64,000 nt of DNA from NCBI RefSeq assembly GCF_902652985.1, contig NC_047022.1, positions 17,794,001-17,858,000 on the forward strand, read 5' to 3'. Source of the stretch: Pecten maximus (Eukaryota). Shown in pieces: positions 47,024 through 58,774 of the stretch (the first letter of the stretch is position 1; each line of letters starts with the position of its first letter). The notes under the pieces were generated by a model that saw only the letters and a list, made by a program, of their open reading frames with translations, had not been told where the DNA came from and did not search any database. Made by a program: the position numbers and the translations under genes.

Positions 47024-49251
47024 CTCACAGAACAATGTTTACCTCTTATTGTTATGTAAACTTGAGCAAACATATACTTGTATAAACTCTGGATACATTG
47101 TTGAAGTATACATCTATATTAAACATATTCTATATTAATATCATTATATTTTTTGCACACCTGTACCACACTTGTATATATGATAAATCACCCATTATTC
47201 GTAAGGAAAGGTAGAAAAAAGGTTTAATAATGTATAAATATTTAGACTACTTTTTTATTTTTTTATTTTTTTTTATTTTCATTGTTATTCACATAACTTT
47301 TTAGGAAGATTGTTAATTTCATCCGGCGGGGAACGAATGTCAGCACTTAATTGATTCGACTTTCTTGAAGGGTGTCTTTCATAAACGAATCAATTCGTCT
47401 TTGATTGTCTTCTTGAGTGCTGCCATTCTTCTGTCCGTCATTCGACTTGGATTTCGACGTCTTAGATTTCTCTGCTTTTGATTTATGATTTTTCGCGGTT
47501 GTCTTACTCCTCTGTTTGGGTTTAGTGAATCCACTCGAATTAGCGTTGAACACTTCAGACTCCTCTGGCTTGGAAGCTGCTGAATGTCCAATCTCGACTG
47601 TCTTCTTTGAGGCTAGTGCTGCTGATTGTGGCTCGTGATCGGCGGATGCCGACGGTACTTGATATTCATCATCTGTGGTCTCCTGGTTATCATCCTCGGG
47701 ACTTGAATTCGAATCGTGTTCAGAACCCGAAGATTCCGATTTCCACAGGATTGGACAGTTCGATTTTATATGCCCGGGTTTTTTGCATCCCCTGCATACC
47801 TTATCTTTTTCGCAGTCTCTAGCAAAAATGTCCGGTTTCAAGACAGTTGCTGCATGTCGCTTTGTCATTGGGCTGACCTCTATGTCGGATTACCGCCCTG
47901 TACCTGTTAGCGATTATCATCGTCGATGGTAATGGCGTTTCTAGCTTTTTTACTGTGACTATCCTGTCACCTGTCTCACAATTAGCAAGAAATCCGTCAA
48001 TTCTTAAACGTTCTCTGTACATATTTAAAACATCACATCCTCTCAGTTCTAAGTTCCGTTTGATTTGCCGATCAAACGCAGAGAGGGGTACATTCTTTAT
48101 CCGGACCGTTTTCGTGTCCTCATCCTCAGAAAATACATTTGGATTGGTCGCATATATCTTTACAGACTTAGCTCTGAGTGATATTCCTCTAGTAATCATG
48201 GCGCTTCGCGACTCCTGACTATCTAAATAAATCCTCCACATGCCCCGAACGCGCTGTAGGCCTGATAGTCTTTCAATGGGTATTGTATTGGATATGGCTC
48301 TATATATTTCCACATGGTTGAGCCATGATTCCCTCCGCACCATTCGTGTGCCAAATAGATCATTCTCTAGAAGAAATACTGGCTTCACTGTACGCGCGAC
48401 AGGGGTAGCCACACTCGCGTATGAAATGGCGCCATTTTCTCTATTCGGTCCCGTACTTGGTTGAGAATCCATCTCTTCAAATTGTCTTCTTTCTGTGAAT
48501 TTCCGCTTTTGGATAATGCTAATCTGACTCACTTAAGTCATATGTTAATCCATTTACACGTAGCTATTTTCTGGAAGCCGGTGATATATTAAAACGGCAA
48601 AGAAAATACGGAGCTAGAAATCAACCCTCTACCATGGTTCAAGGGCAGATCACTCTCTGGTGTAAGTAAGTCTTTCCGACTTCTCCCAGTCCAACCTCCT
48701 GTACAGCTCGTTCACCCTGGGGCTCCAATGCATCTGCATACCTTTGAAGTGGTAAAATCGAACTACGACTTACATTCTATGAAACACATTTATCTAATAT
48801 TAAAGTACGTGAAGTACGAAAAGTGATATTTTTCAGCAAACGTCTCGTACTCGAGAAAATACCAAGACCAAAAATACGTGATAGGGTACATAGATGAATG
48901 TTCCTGGTTCGTGGTTATATAAACTCTCAAATATTATGATTACTGTATTTTCTGCATTGATAATACGGGAGTATTCATTAGATGATTAGTCTTTAATTGT
49001 ATCATGTTCACATTCAATTTGACACTCATTATCAGATTAATCGTGGCTGGCATGCAACTAAGATTACCATGATAAAGAACGGTACTCAAAACAAACACAC
49101 AATAACTGGATAACTGTTCATTAGAAAAACTTTGACATACATGTATAACAATTTGTTAATGCTATACGACTGATTAAACAAATAAACCGAAACCATTATA
49201 AGGCGAACCGTAACTGATACGCAAATCGAGCACACCAATCTACTGTAATAC

Positions 49252-50492
49252 TTTTTATCATATGACTACCGTTATATACATCACATAAATCTTTATGACA
49301 CTAGTGTAATAACACCTTTCGCTACGCTGATTGGCTGGTTCCGTGAGAACTGTATTCATACGCGTGGGAACGACCTACTTCTTTTTACTACGACTCGTAA
49401 AAATGGCGACTAGTGCTTGTAAACTTTGAAAAAAAATCAACTGAACGACAAATTGGTCTATTAACATAACATATTGTACAATCAAAGATAAAATCCAAGA
49501 TGTAAACATCCTAAGTATTTTAATTATATTTATACTATAAGATGTTAAATTAGGCCTGGCAAACATCTATTTTATGACCCCTAGTAACATATTTCAACTC
49601 CGATAGAAAATTGCGCTTGCGTTGTCCGATGAGACATATCTAGTCTAGATTCTTTTCAAATAAACGAATACAAATGTAATAACATTATTTAATAAAATCC
49701 TCATGAAAAACGGCAATGTAGTTTGTTACAACTTGCTTTCAACGTTTACTCAGAATAACATGCTGACAATGTCGTCGACAAACACGTGTAATGTCAAAAC
49801 AAACAACACTGCCAACAAATCGGCATCCAAAGTCGCTTTTCACGGCAGTCTGAACACAATGTTCAGTGGGAATATTCACGGTGGAACATTTCACATCTCC
49901 ATAAACCCCCGCGAGGACGAGGATAAACACAAAGCAGTGAAAAGGCGCCGTACAATGGTTCTGTACGACAGCGACAGCGAATAGACATTTGTACAACGAA
50001 GCCTCAATTATCGCGCCAAGTGACGTCACGGCTTCGTCACATCAAAAACAGTCGCTCATGAACTTTCAAACTAAAATATTTTCCTCATTGTTTCAAACAC
50101 CAAGGACAATTTATCTATTATAGATTAAATGAAAAAATGCTGAAATTTTGTTTTGAGACGTGTATTTAATAAAATGAATCCTTTTTAAGAGTCAGTTGTG
50201 TTAGAACTATTTCTTCTCTCGTCGGTATAATTGACCTACTTCGAATGTTCGGGTGATTTGGTTGAGATGTGACGATTCAAGGCAAAAGAGAAAATCAGTT
50301 TTTGATGGGGAACGATGAAAGAAAACGTCATATGATAAAAAGAATCTGTCATTCGTTTCCCTTCATATTAGATTTATGATACTCGTTTAGAATTTTTTTA
50401 TTTTTGCTCGCCAGAGGCTCGCAAAAATAATAAAAATTCAAAACTCGTATCATCAATCTAATATGAAGGGAAACTCATGACAGATCCTTTAT
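49252..50492 (+). mobile_element. Non-autonomous Crypton-like (CryptonV-type) element
   Basis: Absent from the paralogous site at about 59840. TTTTATCATATGAC is mirrored by subterminal GTCATATGATAAAA and followed by a long terminal palindrome (50342-50487). The remnant MFSGNIHGGTFHISIN...KRRRTMVLYDSDSE* resembles Crypton/DUF3504 protein tails. Confidence 0.7.
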
Positions 50493-51344
50493 ATATGACT
50501 TTTCATTCCACTCATCCTCACCATAAGCAAATTCCTTAAAATCGCGCACTTTGGAGCAGAATATCTTGGTATTGAACAAACCGAATTTGATACTATTTTC
50601 AAATTCTTTGTGGGGAACAAATTCAATAAATCAAAATGCTTTAAGTGATCTTTGAATGAGATGGTTTACAGATAACATGGAGTGTTTGTAAAATCGTAGA
50701 TACGGGTTCTATGAAGCAGAATATGCAATACGTCGCTATGGATAAACCCCGACTTGTACACTTGTACCTGTACACGTGTTGTGTCTTTTTAGATGGGTTG
50801 GTTTGAAAGTAATTAAATGAGAGGACAGATATACAAATGATGTTTTAATAGTCTTTTTTCAAAGATGATTTGAGTCTTTTCTTTTGAAAGACAGTTCATA
50901 TATATTGTTATTCTGTCGTCGTGTGTTTCTTGTCAGAAGTTATGGTATTCGAAGTAAATGCAACGATAGCCGAGTCAGAGAAGCATGCAGTGTGTTATTA
51001 TCGGCAAGTATGTTCTTTATCTAATACATACTGTATATTTTCATTCTGGCGATATGTGATTTAATTTCATTGGAAGGAATTTGTATTGGCTACAAAGGTA
51101 GATATTGTAAGTATCCTATCTTTAAGCATGTATACATCAAATACCCCTTCTTAGTTCTTAAAATGAAAACATCAAAAGCACAACGAATACTTTTAAAAGC
51201 TTTCTGATACCGATAACGCAATAGGCCGTGACAGATGACTTCGAACAATGCCGATGGACACATTCTATGACAAGAAAAAGCCAAGCCATTTGTATAATTT
51301 CCCACTTTGTAATGTTAATGATTGCTGTATAGCCGATCGATTTT

Positions 51345-51351
51345 TATAAAA
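51345..51351 (+). promoter_or_regulatory. Putative TATA box of FucT copy 2
   Basis: TATAAAA about 70 nt upstream of the 5'-UTR exon donor (51418). Also present in copy 3 (60811-60817). Confidence 0.5.
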
Positions 51352-51417
51352 GCGGGTTTATTGTAAAAAGTACATGACGCTACCTGTGAAGACCAAACAC
51401 GCTGTTACACACTATAG

Positions 51418-51866
51418 GTAAGTACATCTGAAATCTACAATGTTCATGTTAATATAGTAGTTATTTTTAAAAAATAATTGATCTTAACGCACCTAAAGAA
51501 GTCCAGCGTATGCTGGTATTAGTAAAGCTCTCCTTGCTAGTTGTATTTTAACACAATCGTAGTAGTTATTTAAGAGTACATATCACACAATCGTAGTAGT
51601 TATTTAAGAGTACATATCATTCATAGTTGCTCCCGATTCAATTCCCCGATCGGACGTGAAAAAGTACGCGGACATCTACCCGACCACGTGGGTTTTCCCC
51701 GAGTATTCCGATTTCTTCCACTACCGAGACAAATCACAGCAAGCTCTGTTCATATAGGTTGAAATCAAGTTAATATTTTATCTTTGGCTGTGAGTTTAAA
51801 GTTTTAATAATGGTGTTAAGACTAAGAAATTTTACCAAGCCACACTTTACTTTCGTGTCATTTCAG
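51418..51866 (+). other. 5'-UTR intron of FucT copy 2
   Basis: TAG|GTAAGT donor and TTTCAG| acceptor, 9 nt before the ATG. Confidence 0.75.
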
Positions 51867-51875
51867 GTTTAAAAA

Positions 51876-53231
51876 ATGGAATTACGACGATCGCTAACGA
51901 CAGACCGGTTGTGTTTCGCAGTCTGTCTTTTGTATGCGTTAATACTTACGGTACTGTATATACAACTCCACAAAACCACATATAATAGGGTCAAGACTAC
52001 GGTGACAAATACAACATTCGAGAAGGATTTTCGGACAGTAAACAACAAATCAGTCAACTTCGTATTCAGAACTGATACACCACTCTACAAAACACTGCTA
52101 CCTAGACATATCAGTGTCGGGTCTACGGGGGTAAATACCACCAAAGATGAAGAGTTTACTGCAATAAACAAAAAATCGGTAGACTTCCTATCTACAATTA
52201 CTATTCTTGCATATAGTCGCTCTCGATGGATGACCGAGTGGATCAGTTCTAAACTGGACCCATCTTTCGTATTTCAGTCATGCCCATTATCTAAAAACTG
52301 CATTCTGACCACAAACCGTTCATTGGTCAATAAGGCGGATGCAGTGGTATTTAATTGGACAACTCTTTGGAGAGAAAAGAAAAAATTGAAAAAACGGAAG
52401 CCAGGTCAAGCTTGGATTTTGTTGGAAATGGAGGCACCAGATCGTTACCAGTCCCGTCATCAAACCACTAAGTTCAAACATATCAACTGGACCGCCAGTT
52501 ACAGACGGGATTCGGACTTCACATTGCCATATGGGGAGTTCGTTCAACACGACACAGGCTACAAAGTGAGTGAGCAATATGAATTATTGCGATCAAAATC
52601 AAAAACAGCTGTCGGCTTTATAAGTCATTGTAACGCTTCTTCAAAACGGGAGGAATTTATACGTAAACTTCGATCATACGGAGTGGATATCGATATATAC
52701 GGCGAATGTGGAAACCTTAAATGTGGTGGGAATAGAAAGACAAAATGGATGCATGTTTGGAATGTGACACAAACTCATCCGGATCCTTGCTTAAAAGTAC
52801 TAAATACAAAGTATAAATTTTATCTATCGTTTGAAAATGCTTTATGTGAAGATTACGTCAGCGAAAAGTCTCTCCACCATGTTTTAAGTAAACAAATTGT
52901 ACCAGTGGTTAGAAGTGGTGCAAATCCAACATTGTTTCATCCGCCACAATCCTCTCTTAATACCAAAGATTTTAAAAACATTAAATCACTTGCTAAACGT
53001 ATGATTTTTTTATCAGAAAACTTTGACCAGTACTTGAAGTATTTTGATTGGAGGAGGCATTATACCGTTGGAACTCTAACTAACTCGTTACAGTCTGTGT
53101 ACTGTGATATGTGTCATCGTTTACATCATCAGGACAGATACAAACGACTGTATGGAAATTTGAATAATTTTTTATCTAAATCTCACGACACAAATAGTGA
53201 TGGTATTTGTAAAGAGGCAAACGACCTATAA
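51876..53231 (+). CDS. Alpha-1,3-fucosyltransferase (GT10 family), copy 2, 451 aa
   Basis: Same motifs as copy 1; intact ORF. Confidence 0.95.
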   Translation: MELRRSLTTDRLCFAVCLLYALILTVLYIQLHKTTYNRVKTTVTNTTFEKDFRTVNNKSVNFVFRTDTPLYKTLLPRHISVGSTGVNTTKDEEFTAINKKSVDFLSTITILAYSRSRWMTEWISSKLDPSFVFQSCPLSKNCILTTNRSLVNKADAVVFNWTTLWREKKKLKKRKPGQAWILLEMEAPDRYQSRHQTTKFKHINWTASYRRDSDFTLPYGEFVQHDTGYKVSEQYELLRSKSKTAVGFISHCNASSKREEFIRKLRSYGVDIDIYGECGNLKCGGNRKTKWMHVWNVTQTHPDPCLKVLNTKYKFYLSFENALCEDYVSEKSLHHVLSKQIVPVVRSGANPTLFHPPQSSLNTKDFKNIKSLAKRMIFLSENFDQYLKYFDWRRHYTVGTLTNSLQSVYCDMCHRLHHQDRYKRLYGNLNNFLSKSHDTNSDGICKEANDL

Positions 53232-54508
53232 GCTGGTCTTATGGCAAAAAGCATTTCTATTGCAAATAAACATCTTTGTATGAACAATTTTGATTACGTC
53301 ATAATCACTTGTGTTCAACTTTTGTGTACAATACCCTCTGTAGTAGCTTGCTCTTTTTTCATTTTTTTTCATCGAATGTGATGAACTGGCTTTAAGATAC
53401 AAAGATTTTGACCAAGATTTAGGCTTACTACATGAAAATAAATAGTGCTGTAGTGATAATTTTATTTCACTTTGACTCGTATGAAGAATGAATTGAAATT
53501 ATCAAGAATTTTGCCATTCGATTTTTCATGTGGGTGAAATCCCAAAAGTTTTCCCCGCAGGAACAAATATCCTGGCCGTTCGTCTTTGTATCCGTCCGTT
53601 CGTCGGTCGCAGTGCAAGCTACAAATGTTCACAATTGATAAAGTTTTAAAAATGATGTGATTTTAGATGATGGTATTGCTTTAGTATTATCAAACAGGCT
53701 CTGTTTAAATTATCCTACGACTCACATATCACACGCGGTCACAACCAGCTCATATTTTGTATAGATGTCTGACTGTCCATTTCGAATTGAAGCCGGAGAT
53801 AACCAAGTACACAGCCTAGCCATTATTCTTCTGTTCAGAGTTTCTTCGTGATAATAATTTTCCGATTCAATCGACAAATGAATGTTTCAATTAAATCACA
53901 CTATCTTCAGATTGTTTGATGGTAAATGTACATACATATTTGTGTGCATAATCGTATTTTAGTCTTAATAATACCGTTCGATCATCATCTATTGATGGTT
54001 TAATCTTAACACAAACCCTTTGATTTGCACAAGTACTAATAACTGTAGACTTAGATAGAAAATACATGTTACATGTGACTAAAATATACTGATTAAATGT
54101 TGCTTTGGTCGAGTCCGAAGGATGATGAATTGAATCGCTCTTGTGAAAAATGTACATAAGACAAATTCAACATAAACTGCTAAATCGCGAACAACTCTTT
54201 TCATGAACCTATTAAATCGACAAAGGCAAAATTCAATTCTTAACTAAAGCTTGATTTTTGTAATGGATGTTGATAAAATAAGTCGTTGTACTTTTTAATC
54301 TAACTAATAATTAAACGCTTGCTTGATTATATTTATTGTCAATATCAATTACAATATGAGTGACATATAAATAGAATGGCGCACGTTTATATGTCACCAA
54401 GATTGTATAGATATTGGCAACAAATACAATCTAACAAGCGTTCGATTGTTATATTTACATTTACTTATGTTTATCACTTGCAGATACGTGTTATCTTTGT
54501 ATCTATGT

Positions 54509-54742
54509 GGGGCTGCGGTGGCCGAGTGGTTAAGGTGTCCCGACACTTTATCACTAGCCCTCCACCTCTGGGTTGCGAGTTCGAAACCTAACCTACGTGG
54601 GGCAGTTGCCAGGTACTGACTGTAGACCGGTGGTTTTTCTCCGGGCACTCCGGCTTTCCTCCACCTTCAAAACCTGGCACGTCCTTAAATGAACCAGGCT
54701 GTTAATAGGACGTTAAACAAAAACAAACCAAACCAAACCAAA
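54509..54742 (+). mobile_element. Full-length tRNA-derived SINE with V-domain-like core and (AAACC)n tail
   Basis: A and B boxes, GGTTTTTCTCCGGGCACTCCGGCTTTCCTCC core, TSD GTATCTATGT/GTATCTATAT. Confidence 0.92.
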
Positions 54743-55849
54743 GTATCTATATGAAAAATGGCATAGTTAGATCAAAATCATTTCTGTAATTAATTCGCAT
54801 GCAGTCTTACAACATTGCCCTGACATTAAAATTACGTCATCAAGACACAATTGTTCTTAATTTTGCTCCGTTTGTTACACCTGTAGTGTAATGCGGAGCA
54901 CCTACAAGACGTTGATCAAAATGTCGTAACAATCATACCACGTGATCTATGTGTTCATATATGCAGAATATCTTAACTTTTTTCAAAGGATGTTATTTAA
55001 GACATCAAAAGCGCAGTGTATCTTTATTTATATAACAATAAAGCTGTATTATTTTCCTTAATGTCGACGAAAGCAATCGTTGTAAATGTTTTGATATAAT
55101 TATAGAGCTGAATTATTTTCACTTGTGTTGATAAAAATTGTCCCTGTAATTTGTTTTTATTTGTATCGTAGTAGAAATATTTCACTGGTGTTGATGAAAG
55201 AATTGTTGATACTTAGATAAAGCAGGATTACTTCCACAGTAGTTGTACTTTTTATTGATATAGTAATAATGTTGGTTTTTGCAGGGTTTGGTGATAATTG
55301 TCGGTGTACTTTTTGTTCATTTATATTGTGATTATGCTGGATTATTTTCACTCCTGTTGATGAAAAAATCGTTCTACTTTTTTATTGATTCGATGGAAAG
55401 GCTTTATCATTTTCATTGGTGTTGAAGAAAGGGGTAATTGTGTTTTTTTTTTTTTATTTATATAGTAATAAAACTGGTTTTGATGGAAAGAGTTGTGTAT
55501 TTTTATATTTTGTTGATCAACGGAGACGGTGTAGCTTTTTTTCAATATAGCTACTTTATTGATATAGTATCGAATCTGGATCATTGAGTAAACAAAACAT
55601 AACAACAATGCCAAATGAGTGAAAATTGAAAGAAATAAATTTCATTGTTCAGAGACCTTTGATGATAAAGGGTTACAAAATTATTATCAAATATTAGAAA
55701 AGTCTGCCTTTGGTCCACTGAATTCGATTTATTTTCATGGGAACGAAACTAACATGGAAACCATCATGGCGAACAAAAGCTAACAGCATATAAAAAATCT
55801 AGCAGACGTTTAATGATAAGTGTGGTGATAATCTGTCGCCCCAAATAGG

Positions 55850-56500
55850 ATAGACACTATATTGCACCCCGTATACCATTGAGCACTATATCACTACAAA
55901 GATGTTTCTTGTCGTTGTCAAACTGTTCGTCTCTAAATAAATATTTACCTGGATATTTGATAGAGCCACCTTTAAATTCGCTACGCCCTTGTTCACACTA
56001 ATACTTCAACATTATGATGTGGAGATATCTCCTAACATCGCCCACCTTGACACTGCAGCATCTGTGACCAGTACCTTATAATATGTTTTCTCCATACAAA
56101 TCTGCTTCCTTAAATTTAGGGACCCAATTCCAACCAAATCATTGGTATCTAAAATGCAATTCAACATCGAGGGTTCCTGCTGTATATTAACCATATCCTG
56201 TACCTGCTCTGTGTTCTATGAAATGTAACCGATAAAATGAATTTTCATCTCTGGATTAGTCTTCAAGGAACTAAATCCTCTACCAGTGTAAGCCAATGAT
56301 TTGCAATTAGTTTTCTTTTAAACAGGGGCTATCATCTGTCAAGCATCAACTTAATGCTGTCATTATGACATTAGAATATCATGATTTTTTTTAAAGCAGA
56401 GCACACGAGTCATTAGACATATACTTTAACATTCAATGCCCCCTCTCACGCCTTTGTATATATATTGCAGCGCAAATGATAAAAAAAAAACATCCGTCAG
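55850..56500 (-). mobile_element. Possible highly decayed DIRS-like RT/RNase H remnant
   Basis: Weak minus-strand traces such as KIHFIGYI and VTDAAVSRWA. Confidence 0.3.
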
Positions 56501-56779
56501 AGCCTCTAATGATTCAATTGTGTTCTAAGTCCCTTTTTGTCTCAACTCAAGGAATATTTTCCCGTTTAATTTGACGAACACCTGGACAGGCTAGAATCAG
56601 TATTCTAGGATTTAGACTCACAGAGTCAGAATTTGACAAAGAAAGCGGGTAAGTCTAGTAAGGATGCAAAGTCCAAAGATAATAGAATTGCTAAGGGTAA
56701 AAAGTCGAAATGCACACAAACGACTTGAGTTAACATGAATGAGGCTCAGCAAACAGCGTTTTAAACTGTTAAAGATAGA

Positions 56780-57030
56780 GCGTCTCAATAGTGATCAGGG
56801 TAGATACGTTGAAGCTAAGATTATTAAAGAACTCTTTAAAATAACTTTAGTTTAGAAAACCAGAACAGGTCTGTGGAATAATTTAATCACACTCTCTTGG
56901 GTATGCTTGCTATTCTTGAGAAATATCAAAAGGCGGATTTGAAGTCCTATTTTACTCCATTAGTTCAAACTTACAATGTCTCAAAGAGTTATGCCATCGG
57001 ATTTCCCCCATATTAAGAAGTGTTTGGCTT
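56780..57030 (+). mobile_element. Decayed Gypsy integrase fragment
   Basis: SDQGRYVEAKIIKEL and SVE*FNHTLLGML...PLVQTYN...GFPPY. Inverted homologue of 1325-1560. Confidence 0.75.
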
Positions 57031-57960
57031 ATCTAAGTGTACTGTTACTAGAAAATGTGCAAGTTTAACGATTTGTGAAAAAATAAAGGATGATTGAACG
57101 TTATTATTAAGACTAAAATACAAGTATGTATGTCACACATGTGCCACCAAACAATCTGAAGATAGGATGATTCAATTCAAATATATATTTTGTCTTTTGA
57201 GTTTGAGAACTCTTATGAAAGACTCTGAACAGAAGAATAATGACTAGGTTGTGTTCTTCGGTTATCTCCGGCTTCAATTCAAACTGGACAGTCAGACATC
57301 TATACAAAAGATGAACTGGCTGTGACCGCGTGCACATGCGATATGTGAGTCGTGGATAATTTAAACAGAGCCTGTTTGATATTACTTAAACAATACCATC
57401 ATCTAAAATTACTTCAATTTATTAAGTTTTCATAAAATTGTGAACAGCATTAAGACTGTGAAATTGAGTATTTACGCAGAAGTCATTTTGTCAGGGTTGA
57501 TGAATTTTAAAATACATGTCTTCAGAATGCCTTAATTCAGCATCGAGCACCTAAATAAGCTGATCACCATGGCGTAAACATGTTCAACCCTTTTCCGGCA
57601 CAAAAGGGCCTAGATGATGTTATTAAATATTAATATTCATTGAAAACCTCTCCTCAAGGTGATATAAATGATAGAAACTATCATTGCAGCATTTTTCTTC
57701 TTTCCGTAGTAGTCCTGAATCTTTCTCCAAATCTGTACCCTATTCTGCGGCCGACGGACGGACGGATACAAGGACGAACGGCCCCAAAATGTATCATCAA
57801 GCGTTGTCATCACATTCGATGAAAAATAAATGAAAAAAAAGAAGCTGCTGCAGATGGCAGTGTGCACAAAGTTGATCATAATTGTACATTGCATAATAAA
57901 AAAAATGTTTCAAGTAAAGAGGTTTAATTGTAAGATAAATGTTTGTGTCATAACACCAGC

Positions 57961-58774
57961 TTATAGGTCGTTTGCCTCTTTACAGGGACCACAGAACCAA
58001 GTCAAAAATAGATTGCGGGTTTTTCCCGTTTGGGCAGAAGTTTCAATAGGAAGGTGAATGCTTCGGGGCCTACTGATTGGATATTTAGGTGAGAGAAGTT
58101 TCCAAAGTTTTATGTGTGGGCTGGGCAATACATGTAGATGAAATATATAGAGAAAAGGTGATCTTTTTCTAGTCTGTTTTTGTCAGGGGGAGTTAATTAA
58201 GTGTGTGTTTTGTTGTAAATTTAGGTGAATTTTTGGTGCTGAATTCAATACATGATGGTGGCCCCCATATAACAAAAGGTTTTCGAGATGACATTCTTCA
58301 AAATCATGGGTAGCGGACCAGTTTTGAAAACTTCATTTAAGCAGGACAGTGGTAAACGTTAACATCATCGTCTATGGGAAAACATTTGGTTCCGTGGTTC
58401 CTACAAATACTAGCACTATGTGTGTCGTGGTATTTAGATAAAAAAATATTCAAATTTCCATACAGGCGTTTGTATCTGTCCTGATGATGTAAACGATGGC
58501 ACATATTATAGTACACAGACTGTAACGAGTTAGTTAGAGTTTCAACGGTATAATGCGTCCTCCAATCAAAATACTTCAAGTACTGGTAAAAGTTTTCTGA
58601 TAAGAAAATCATACGTTTAGCAAGCGATTGGATGTTTTTAAAATCTTAAGTATTAAGAGATGATTGTGGCAGATGAAACAGTGTTGGATTTGAACCACTT
58701 CTAACTTCTGGTACAATTTGTTTACTTAAAAGATGGTGGAGAGACTTTTCGGTGACGTAATCTTCACATAAAGC
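57961..58774 (-). pseudogene. FucT 3' fragment pseudogene 2, interrupted by a MITE
   Basis: Same truncation point as pseudogene 1. ORF 58337-58612 matches the FucT C-terminus. Confidence 0.9.
57985..58401 (-). mobile_element. MITE, same family as 5064-5515, 4-bp TSD TACA
   Basis: The empty site CTTTACAAATAC is visible in the FucT paralogues. TACA is duplicated at 57981-57984 and 58402-58405. Confidence 0.92.

Larger units (their letters stand above)
44170..48658 (-). mobile_element. L1/Tx1-clade non-LTR retrotransposon, 5' part (ORF1 plus APE endonuclease of ORF2; RT missing)
   Basis: ORF1 (48532 to about 47350) has RIKNVPLS, CETGDR and zinc knuckles CSNCLETGH and CRGCKKPGHIKSNC. ORF2 from 45200 has IILAQETH, IIGGDWN, SRIDYFL, TDHQAV and GPGYWKVNNS. 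Confidence 0.9.

Noticed and set aside
52320-52577. Conserved antisense ORFs (also 61745-62002, 51869-52057, 21814-22014) and flank ORFs 41354-41578 and 57113-57337
   Set aside because: Conservation is explained by recent duplication, and there are no independent coding signals.
54509-54590. tRNA gene
   Set aside because: It is a SINE head, followed by a SINE body, tail and TSD, and present in several copies.
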